From positions 1,920 through 65,919 of the forward strand of contig PGYU01000013.1 of NCBI GenBank assembly GCA_002839825.1: a DNA stretch of 64,000 nt, written 5' to 3'. Positions 1-7,581 of this stretch are shown in pieces (position 1 is the stretch's first letter; each line of letters opens with the position of its first letter). Below the pieces are notes generated by a model. That model did no database searches. It was not told the origin of the DNA and saw nothing but the letters and a program-made list of their open reading frames with translations. A program made the translations under genes and the position numbers. The stretch comes from Ignavibacteriae bacterium HGW-Ignavibacteriae-1 (GTDB lineage: Bacteria > Bacteroidota > Ignavibacteria > Kapaibacteriales > UBA2268).

Positions 1-1
1 T

Positions 2-292
2 GTAATCGCCGGTTTTCCTGCCGGTGGTACACTTGATGTCGGTGACCAATCTTATGATATTAATTCTGATGGTTTGGCAACTTTGTTCTCGCTTGCACTT
101 GGTGGGCATTTTAACCTTTTAAAAACTGACATGGGGCGAATGATTCTAAAAATTCAGGGGACTTATGCTGTTACAGGGCAATTAGCGTCAGATTACAATG
201 CGGACAACACAAGCTTCAACTACCATCCCGCATCTTTGATGTTTGGATTGGGTTGGATATTTGATTTAGAAAACAAGAAAGGTCCAAGATAA
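2..292 (+). CDS. C-terminal part of a probable outer-membrane beta-barrel protein (truncated by window start)
   Basis: The frame is open from position 2 (VIAGFPAGGTLDVGDQSYDINSDGLATLFSLALGGHF...). Alternating amphipathic strands end in SLMFGLGWIF. Confidence 0.55.
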   Translation, partial: VIAGFPAGGTLDVGDQSYDINSDGLATLFSLALGGHFNLLKTDMGRMILKIQGTYAVTGQLASDYNADNTSFNYHPASLMFGLGWIFDLENKKGPR

Positions 293-307
293 TTGAAGAG
301 AGCTTAA

Positions 308-934
308 ATGGAAAATTTATTCGAGGGTGCACTTAAATTCAGGAGCGAAGACTTTGAATCTCATCGCTCATTGTTCGAATCCTTAGGGAAGTTGCAGCAG
401 CCGCACACCTTGTTCATAGGTTGTTCGGATTCTCGCTTAGTACCAAATTTGATTACACGTTCCCAGCCCGGTGAACTATTCATCGTGCGGAATATCGCCA
501 ATATAGTGCCGATGTACAGGCAATCGGAAGAATATTTAGCTACTACATCGGCAATTGAATTTGCTATTCAAGCATTGGAAATCAAAAAAATTGTAGTTTG
601 TGGTCATTCCAATTGTGGTGGTTGCGCTGCACTTTACTATCCTGTCGAAAAATTAGCTAAGACACCACATACAGCCAAATGGCTCGAACTTGCTCATCCG
701 GTAAAAACTGAAGTTTTGGCTTTGATGGGAGACAGTGTGGATGAATCAGCGCGTGAATGGATGACCGAGCAACTCAATATAGTGCTTCAACTCAAGCACT
801 TAATGACATACCCATTTGTCGAGTCGGGTGTCAAATCCGGCGAAATCACAATACACGGTTGGCATTATATCATCCAAACAGGAGAGGTTTTTAATTATAA
901 TTTCGACCAGAAAGTTTTTGAACTCATAGCTTGA
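308..934 (+). CDS. can: Beta-class carbonic anhydrase
   Basis: Zinc-ligand motifs GCSDSR and GHSNCGG, plus RNIANIV. Confidence 0.95.
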   Translation: MENLFEGALKFRSEDFESHRSLFESLGKLQQPHTLFIGCSDSRLVPNLITRSQPGELFIVRNIANIVPMYRQSEEYLATTSAIEFAIQALEIKKIVVCGHSNCGGCAALYYPVEKLAKTPHTAKWLELAHPVKTEVLALMGDSVDESAREWMTEQLNIVLQLKHLMTYPFVESGVKSGEITIHGWHYIIQTGEVFNYNFDQKVFELIA

Positions 935-1005
935 GGGACTTTTAAGTTTCACTGCGAATTACTAATTACAAAATGCTTTTGATGTTTAATAAAATTGAGG
1001 TGAAT

Positions 1006-1383
1006 ATGGATACTCCGAACTCTGTAACTGATGCAACATTTTTATTCAGACGTGATATTATCAAGAAGATGAATTCCGACATGCGTTTTGTAGGAATCTT
1101 TTACATAATTTATGGTGCCATCACCTGCATAGGAATTATCACAGCTGTAATTGGTGTGCCTTATATCAAAATGGGAATGAGGCTCAGGGAATCTGCCGAC
1201 AGTTTTGACAGATATACAGCGTTAGGCGATGACATGGATTTGAATATGGCTTTGGAGAAGCAACAGCGTTTTTATTTCATCAATAAAATCATGATTATTA
1301 TCGCCCTTGCTTTCGTAGCCTTATATATAATATTTATTATCGTCCTTCTCAGCTTTATGGATTTCTCAAGTCTTATGGCTTAA
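1006..1383 (+). CDS. DUF5362-like small membrane protein
   Basis: MRFVGIFYIIYGAITCIGIITAVIGVP..MGMRLRESADSF pattern with hydrophobic helices. A GAGGTG RBS before ATG 1006 favours this start over 973. Confidence 0.7.
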   Translation: MDTPNSVTDATFLFRRDIIKKMNSDMRFVGIFYIIYGAITCIGIITAVIGVPYIKMGMRLRESADSFDRYTALGDDMDLNMALEKQQRFYFINKIMIIIALAFVALYIIFIIVLLSFMDFSSLMA

Positions 1384-1403
1384 AATACGAATTTGTAAAT
1401 ACG

Positions 1404-1439
1404 AAAAAGGCTGACTTGAGTTATCAAGTCAGCCTTTTT
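1404..1439. terminator. Bidirectional intrinsic terminator (copy 1)
   Basis: Perfect inverted repeat AAAAAGGCTGACTTGA-gtta-TCAAGTCAGCCTTTTT with A/T tails. Confidence 0.9.
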
Positions 1440-1519
1440 GTATGTCTTAAGTCGAAGTGATTATTTCAAAATCATCAATGGCATACGAGTTACTTTGCCG
1501 TTGATTTTTCCAATTACAT
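1405..1519 (+). repeat. Direct repeat, left copy (terminator plus orphan copy of the last 19 codons of the 5316..7481 gene)
   Basis: Aligns without gaps to 5260..5374 with 9 mismatches in 115 nt (manual count). The minus strand reads VIGKINGKVTRMPLMILK-stop. Confidence 0.95.
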
Positions 1520-1647
1520 TTGTAAATTTAGAATGAATTTTGTTATCAAAATTGTCAAACGAGATACTTAGAAATTTGTTAAAAAAAAAATTATGAAAAT
1601 AGTTATACATATAAATAAATTATGTGTACTACATGAGAATTATTTAT

Positions 1648-1655
1648 TATCTTTG
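1648..1655 (+). promoter_or_regulatory. Bacteroidota-type -7 promoter element (TAnnTTTG) upstream of mtrA
   Basis: TATCTTTG about 80 nt upstream of ATG 1734. Confidence 0.5.
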
Positions 1656-1733
1656 CTTTTAAAATTGTTAAAAATCGTTAGGGTTTTCGTTCTTATTATT
1701 AAATTATTATAAATTAATGTGAGGTAACTGCAT

Positions 1734-2660
1734 ATGAAAAAAATGTTGATTACAGTATTTATATTACTTTTATTAGGAATAACGGTACTAATCAGTACTT
1801 CTAATAAAAGTAAATTCGGCACTTCTGCAAAAGAAGTGAATTGGGTTGAACTCAATAGTGGGTTCAAAGAGGCGACCTTTGTTAAGGATAAGAATGTTTG
1901 TTTGTCATGCCATGAAGAATCCGCAAACAAATATAAACATACATCACATAGTCGCGCTTTTGAATTTAGTAAGGAAGGAACTCTGGAGTCAAAAGACTGC
2001 GAATCCTGCCATGGTCCTAGAAGTAAACATATAGAAGACCCGGATGGAAGCCTTACTTTTACTGAAGAACAGTATTCAAAAGTTTGTATGCAGTGCCATC
2101 AGGATAACAGTCGAATGTACTGGAGCGGAAGTATTCATAAGTCATCTGATGTAAATTGCGTAACCTGCCATTCGGTTATGGAACAAAAGAGTGATGAATT
2201 TTTACTCAGCAAGAACAGTCAGACTGAAGTATGCTCTGAATGTCATACCGATGTTAAAGCAAAAATGAACAAGACTTCTCATCATCCGGTAAAAGAAGGA
2301 CTGATGGATTGTTCTTCTTGTCATAATGCTCATGGAGCTCCCGGGACAGGTATGTTAGTTAAAGGTACTATAAATGAAACCTGTTATACTTGTCATCAAG
2401 ACAAAAGAGGACCTTTCACATGGGAACATGCCCCTGTACGCGAAGATTGTTCAAATTGCCACGAGCCACATGGTTCGAATAACAGAAATCTATTAACAAC
2501 ACAAAATGCATCATTATGTGTTAGTTGTCATCAGTATGGCGGTCATATCAATCAGTATCGATACAATCGCGTAAGCACTCCTTACGGAAATGGTTGTGTG
2601 AACTGCCATATGACTGTTCATGGTTCAAATCATCCATCAGGTGCTAAATTTACAAGATAA
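1734..2660 (+). CDS. mtrA: Periplasmic decaheme c-type cytochrome, DmsE/MtrA/MtoA/PioA family
   Basis: Ten CxxCH motifs (CLSCH, CESCH, CMQCH, CVTCH, CSECH, CSSCH, CYTCH, CSNCH, CVSCH, CVNCH), GPFTWEHAPV, C-terminal HGSNHPSG signature and an N-terminal hydrophobic signal. Confidence 0.95.
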   Translation: MKKMLITVFILLLLGITVLISTSNKSKFGTSAKEVNWVELNSGFKEATFVKDKNVCLSCHEESANKYKHTSHSRAFEFSKEGTLESKDCESCHGPRSKHIEDPDGSLTFTEEQYSKVCMQCHQDNSRMYWSGSIHKSSDVNCVTCHSVMEQKSDEFLLSKNSQTEVCSECHTDVKAKMNKTSHHPVKEGLMDCSSCHNAHGAPGTGMLVKGTINETCYTCHQDKRGPFTWEHAPVREDCSNCHEPHGSNNRNLLTTQNASLCVSCHQYGGHINQYRYNRVSTPYGNGCVNCHMTVHGSNHPSGAKFTR

Positions 2661-2673
2661 TAAGGAATAAAAA

Positions 2674-5217
2674 ATGAATACAAATAACACTTGTATATTA
2701 ATAATAATTATTTTATTAATATCATTAGTTTCTGCTAAAAGTCAGGAATCGCTTCAATTTAACGGTCAAATAACTCCGGGAATAGGTTGGATAGACCTAA
2801 ATACAAATTCCAGTAAATTTTATGAATACAGAGATATGAAAGAAGGGTTTTATATACCCGGCGTTCAACTGAATGCTATTCAGCCGAACAGTGGTTTTTA
2901 TCTTCAGTTTGGTGGCAAAAGATTACTTTGGGACGACCAGGTAATCCGTCTTAATCTTGGTGATTACACAAGTTTCTGGAATATATCCATTGACCATAAA
3001 AAGACACCAAACCGCTTAAGTAACAAGGCTATGACACCATATTCTTATCGTGGAGACGGTGTTTTTAATTCTGCAGGATATGTTGGCATCATCAAAGATA
3101 CCATTGATGCAAATGGAACCGTATCATTAGTACCTACGAAAGCACAAATGCATGTTAATGATTCGCTCGTAGCACAATTTCTTGAGAAAAACTTATTGCC
3201 TATAGATTTGGGAACTCAACGTAATAATACTTCTGTTACATTAAATTTGATGCAAACTGAAGAATTAAAATATAGTCTGACTTATATGCACGAAACAAAA
3301 ACAGGTAAAAGAAATAATTATGGCACACTCGGAGACAGACCGCCGAGAACATTAAACGTTCAATTACCTGAACCGGTTGATTACACAGTAAGTGAAGTTC
3401 TCGCTAATGCTGAATATCAGACGAATGGATTTCAGGCAAGATTCAACTACACTTTGTCCAGTTTTTCAAATCAGTTGGATTTTCTGAGATGGGATAATAT
3501 ATTCTTTACTCCGGATACTCCAAACGACTATATTACAACTGTTGCAGGCACACCGCGTAATGCTTCACTTGTTGGTCAGAGAGCTTTGGCACCGGATAAT
3601 ATTTCGCATTATTTTACCCTTGCTACATCAATTATTTTGCCCTTTGAAAGCCGACTTACTGCTACAGGTTCTATTGGAATGATGAGTCAAAATGAAAACT
3701 TACTTCCTTATAGTTATAGCGATCTTGGAGGCGATAGAAATGCTGCTAATGGTGATTCACTTAATTGGAATGACCCGAATAAATTGCCAATTAACACTGC
3801 TAGTGCTAAAATTAATACAATGAGGCTTGATTTCGAGTATTTGATTAATCCTTTTAATGCTCTGAATCTCAAAGCTTATGCACGTTATTATAAATTAGAT
3901 AATCAAACACCTATAAATCAGTGGCGATATGTTACTCAGGACGTTGCGACCACCGACGGCGATGTTTCTTATGTAAATTACAGAAGAAATTTAGCTCATG
4001 GTTTTGATAATATGAAATTCGGTATAGACTTGAGATATTATCTTAATTTTTGGAGAACCTCTATTGGTCTTGGTGCTGTTAGGGAGAATATTAACAGGGA
4101 ATATCGTGAAGCCAATACAGGCGAGAATATAATCAATGCATCTTTGAGAACACGCCCCATGAAGTGGCTTTCATTATCTGCAGGATACTTAATGGGTGAC
4201 CGCCAGATTGACGAATATAATTATATGGTTACTAGTCAGAGCTATTGGTATTCATTTGAAAGAGGAGCTAATCAGGTTGATAACCCACAGTTCCTATTTG
4301 CGAACCATCCTGATTTAAGAAAATATGATGTTTCGGATAGAAAAAGAAATAAAATGAATGTTTCTGCAAATCTGAATTTATTGGATGACTTGGATTTATC
4401 GGCTTCATTTACTAACAAATCAGACGATTTCGATTCGCAGGTTACTCCGGTTGCACCATTTGCAAATACGCTTGTGCCGCTCCCGAACCCTGAAGATAAA
4501 AATGCTATGACACCCGGTAAACAACTTGGACTACTTAAAGACAACCGTCAAAATATATCAATTAATTTACAATATGTAGCGTCAGAGTGGCTTACTTTAT
4601 CTATGTATGCTGACCAAGAAAATGCAAAATATGATATTCGCGGTATGGTTTATAATGAAAACTTAAGAAATCAACCTAGTAGCCAATCAAGTTCGCAACC
4701 AACACAATTAGGACCGTGGAACGATCCAAACAGATTATATATGTCGAACACAGAAGAAATCACAAATTCTATCGGACTTGGTGTTATGATTGAAGTCATT
4801 CCCGGAAAATTAAGATTCTCTACAGATGCTAATGTTTCTATGGCAACTGTTGATATGATATATTCCGGTTATGGCTCTGATCCTTCATATTTGGGTAGAG
4901 ATTGGGAGACTTTTGATTTCGGTTTCAACAGCCCGGGGAAAGCAGAATTTAATCAATACGTTGTAAATGCATCTGTTGAATATAAAGTATTCAACAATTT
5001 AACCTGTGGTTTGCATTTTATGTTCAATCAATATGAAATTACAGACTGGATTCAGGAACCTTCCGGAGCATGGGTAGAATTTGTCGAAAGTGAGAATTTC
5101 CTGCGTGATACATCACGAGATAATCGTTGGGGTAATCGCTTGGTTTCTTTGGGTAGTTACCTTGCACCAGGTTATACCGCTAATGCAGTATTTTTAAATA
5201 TTACCTATATGTTCTAA
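2674..5217 (+). CDS. mtrB: MtrB/PioB-family decaheme-associated outer-membrane beta-barrel
   Basis: Starts 13 nt downstream of the decaheme gene. Has a signal peptide, SSKFYEYRD, LPEPVDY, ALAPDN and LRKYDVSDRKR motifs, and a terminal Phe (NITYMF). Confidence 0.9.
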   Translation: MNTNNTCILIIIILLISLVSAKSQESLQFNGQITPGIGWIDLNTNSSKFYEYRDMKEGFYIPGVQLNAIQPNSGFYLQFGGKRLLWDDQVIRLNLGDYTSFWNISIDHKKTPNRLSNKAMTPYSYRGDGVFNSAGYVGIIKDTIDANGTVSLVPTKAQMHVNDSLVAQFLEKNLLPIDLGTQRNNTSVTLNLMQTEELKYSLTYMHETKTGKRNNYGTLGDRPPRTLNVQLPEPVDYTVSEVLANAEYQTNGFQARFNYTLSSFSNQLDFLRWDNIFFTPDTPNDYITTVAGTPRNASLVGQRALAPDNISHYFTLATSIILPFESRLTATGSIGMMSQNENLLPYSYSDLGGDRNAANGDSLNWNDPNKLPINTASAKINTMRLDFEYLINPFNALNLKAYARYYKLDNQTPINQWRYVTQDVATTDGDVSYVNYRRNLAHGFDNMKFGIDLRYYLNFWRTSIGLGAVRENINREYREANTGENIINASLRTRPMKWLSLSAGYLMGDRQIDEYNYMVTSQSYWYSFERGANQVDNPQFLFANHPDLRKYDVSDRKRNKMNVSANLNLLDDLDLSASFTNKSDDFDSQVTPVAPFANTLVPLPNPEDKNAMTPGKQLGLLKDNRQNISINLQYVASEWLTLSMYADQENAKYDIRGMVYNENLRNQPSSQSSSQPTQLGPWNDPNRLYMSNTEEITNSIGLGVMIEVIPGKLRFSTDANVSMATVDMIYSGYGSDPSYLGRDWETFDFGFNSPGKAEFNQYVVNASVEYKVFNNLTCGLHFMFNQYEITDWIQEPSGAWVEFVESENFLRDTSRDNRWGNRLVSLGSYLAPGYTANAVFLNITYMF

Positions 5218-5259
5218 TCTTACAGATTTGAGATAATTGCAAATAGGAATTTTTCAAAG

Positions 5260-5294
5260 AAAAGGCTGACTCGATTACTCAAGTCAGCCTTTTT
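5260..5294. terminator. Bidirectional intrinsic terminator (copy 2) between convergent mtrB and the T9SS gene
   Basis: AAAAGGCTGACTCGA-ttac-TCAAGTCAGCCTTTTT. Confidence 0.88.
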
Positions 5295-5374
5295 GTATGT
5301 TTAAAGTCGATGTGATTATTTCAAAATCATCAATGGCATACGTGTTACTTTTCCGTTGATTTTTCCAATTACAT
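5260..5374 (+). repeat. Direct repeat, right copy (terminator plus the functional 3' end of 5316..7481)
   Basis: About 92% identical to 1405..1519, offset 3855 nt. Confidence 0.95.
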
Positions 5375-7481
5375 AATAAATACCTGAAGCAACTTCAGCG
5401 CCTTCAAATGAAGCATGGAATTCACCTTCATTCACGAAACCTTGGAATAATTGCTTAACAATCTTACCTTGCGAATCTATAACCATCAAATCAAGCCAAC
5501 CGGCTTTGCCAACATTATAGGTCAAGCGTGTGTTTCCTTCTACCGGATTCGGCGAAGCTTTGATTGATAGTTCAGCATTCCCGGAAGCGCCGGGCTCTAC
5601 GGTTGCCGGGTCGTAACCTGCTCCCATAAATGGAATAGTTGCGTTGCCGTTTACCGGGTCGTTAGATACAATCTTCAAACTAGCAATGTAATTCTTTGCA
5701 AGCAGTGGTGTAAATCTGATTTTCATTTCATGTACATTACCCGGTTCCAAAGTCGGAACAACTTCTGAACCGTCAATAATTTTGAATTGAGCTTTGTTTT
5801 CTGGGTCACCATCCCATTTAGTCTGGAAAATATTTAAATTGTTTTGACCTGAATTTGTGATGTACAATGATTCATCTGCATCAGAACCCATTGCAACGGG
5901 ACCGAAATCAAATTCATCTGTTGAAAATGAAATACCGGAAGTTGCATCTCTCGGGGCGCCCTTCGCTTTGACAATGATAGTTGCCTTTCCTTGGTTATTC
6001 AAACCATTTGAAGTGACTTCTATTCTGCCTTCGTAAGATCCGCCTAATTCATTTGAAGGTGTAAATTTAACCTTTATATATTGAGTGGTGCCGGCTTGGA
6101 CTGTTATCGGTACTTTTACGGTTTCCGTCCATGTAAAATGTCCGTCACCGTCATCCTCGATTTTAAGGGTTTCTATTACCAAAGCAATATTGCCGGTATT
6201 GGTAATAGCTAAATTTCTCGAAAGTGACGAGCCGTATGGTATTGTACCGTAGTCAACAGGTAAGTCGGAAACTTGAATTTTGGGCCCATGAAAGACTTGG
6301 TCGCCACCTTCGCCATATAGGTCAATAGTGATATTGCCATTGATAGCATCAGAAAAGATGTCAAGACTTTCACTATAAGCGCGAGGTTCGGTAGGTGAGA
6401 ATTTCAAGTTGATATAATGAACGTCAAGTGGTTCCAATATTACTTGTCCGCCACCTTCTGTAATAAAGAATGCATCTGGGTCAACAAAATTCGCAATTTC
6501 AGATTTTGTAATAGTAAGTTTTTGGCGTCCATAATTTTGGACAGCTGCGGCAAGAAAGCCGTGTTGGTTTGGTTCGATTTTGCCGAAATCATAGCTGGCA
6601 TTTTCTGCAACGATTTTTTGTTCGGGATGTGGTTGGTCTTGAACGCACCAATAAATTCCGTTAATCAAAGCAACGTTGAAGTGCCATGTGTGCCATGTAT
6701 TTGCAATGTCAAAATTAACAGACCACAAAGCGCAACGTGCTTTTCCATTTTCACGTCTGACACCTGTAAAAACTGAATCTTCCACGGGGTTACCCGCAAA
6801 TTCAGTAACTCTGTCGAATTGTCTTGCCTCAGATCCTTCTTTAATATTGAAAACGTCCACACTTGGGTACCATCTCATCGGGTCTCTGAAACCGCCATTG
6901 TTATGATTATAGCTCATATTGCAGGCTTTATCGAATCCGGCTGAGACCGGGTCGCCTTCGTAGCCCCAAATTTTAAATCCGTGGAATGTGCCGCTTTGAA
7001 GTAATTGTAGTCTTCCGAGATAGTTAATTCCCAAAAAATCTTCTAAGAATTTACGTGATTGAATATCACCACCGGATTTGAATGCTTCGTATAATACAGC
7101 ATTACCGATGATAAGAACTCCTTTTTGAGCGTCGAGCATTTGTTTGATTTTTGTCAATACCTTGATTCCGTCAACCGATGCATCAAGCCCTTTGGTAACT
7201 CCCATTGGGAAAACTGCCACATCGTATTCTGTGATGTCTTTTTCTGCAAAAGTCGCTGCACCGAAGGGACGCTTAACAATATACTTACGCAAGCCGACAT
7301 CTTCAGTCAACTTATCCCAATAGCAAAGGTCAAATAGGTTAGTAATCTCAACATCTCCAGCCATTTGGTCTTCGAAATTGGTGAAAACGATGTAATACTT
7401 TTCGTCAGCTGATTGTGAATAGCCGACAGAGACAGAAAAAATCAGCGACAAAAAAACGAAAATTCTAAAAAAACGTGTCAT
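5316..7481 (-). CDS. Secreted T9SS cargo protein: uncharacterised alpha/beta domain, three choice-of-anchor D (Ig-like) repeats and a C-terminal sorting domain
   Basis: Signal peptide, three repeats starting (Y/V/F)D(F/Y)G with I.N.G...L.I and F(S/T)P, and a CTD of the form ASPNPV...SGIYYV. Confidence 0.8.
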   Translation of the reverse strand: MTRFFRIFVFLSLIFSVSVGYSQSADEKYYIVFTNFEDQMAGDVEITNLFDLCYWDKLTEDVGLRKYIVKRPFGAATFAEKDITEYDVAVFPMGVTKGLDASVDGIKVLTKIKQMLDAQKGVLIIGNAVLYEAFKSGGDIQSRKFLEDFLGINYLGRLQLLQSGTFHGFKIWGYEGDPVSAGFDKACNMSYNHNNGGFRDPMRWYPSVDVFNIKEGSEARQFDRVTEFAGNPVEDSVFTGVRRENGKARCALWSVNFDIANTWHTWHFNVALINGIYWCVQDQPHPEQKIVAENASYDFGKIEPNQHGFLAAAVQNYGRQKLTITKSEIANFVDPDAFFITEGGGQVILEPLDVHYINLKFSPTEPRAYSESLDIFSDAINGNITIDLYGEGGDQVFHGPKIQVSDLPVDYGTIPYGSSLSRNLAITNTGNIALVIETLKIEDDGDGHFTWTETVKVPITVQAGTTQYIKVKFTPSNELGGSYEGRIEVTSNGLNNQGKATIIVKAKGAPRDATSGISFSTDEFDFGPVAMGSDADESLYITNSGQNNLNIFQTKWDGDPENKAQFKIIDGSEVVPTLEPGNVHEMKIRFTPLLAKNYIASLKIVSNDPVNGNATIPFMGAGYDPATVEPGASGNAELSIKASPNPVEGNTRLTYNVGKAGWLDLMVIDSQGKIVKQLFQGFVNEGEFHASFEGAEVASGIYYVIGKINGKVTRMPLMILK

Positions 7482-7523
7482 TTTAGATAACTCCTTAAAT
7501 TATTTAAAGTAAATTTCATATTT

Positions 7524-7556
7524 AAAAACAGCCGAAAGTTCAACACTTCCGGCTGT
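7524..7556 (-). terminator. Intrinsic terminator after the Omp28-like gene
   Basis: Minus strand reads ACAGCCGGAAG-loop-CTTTCGGCTGT-TTTT. Confidence 0.7.
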
Positions 7557-7581
7557 AAAAATAAGCAAAAAAGAACAAAAA

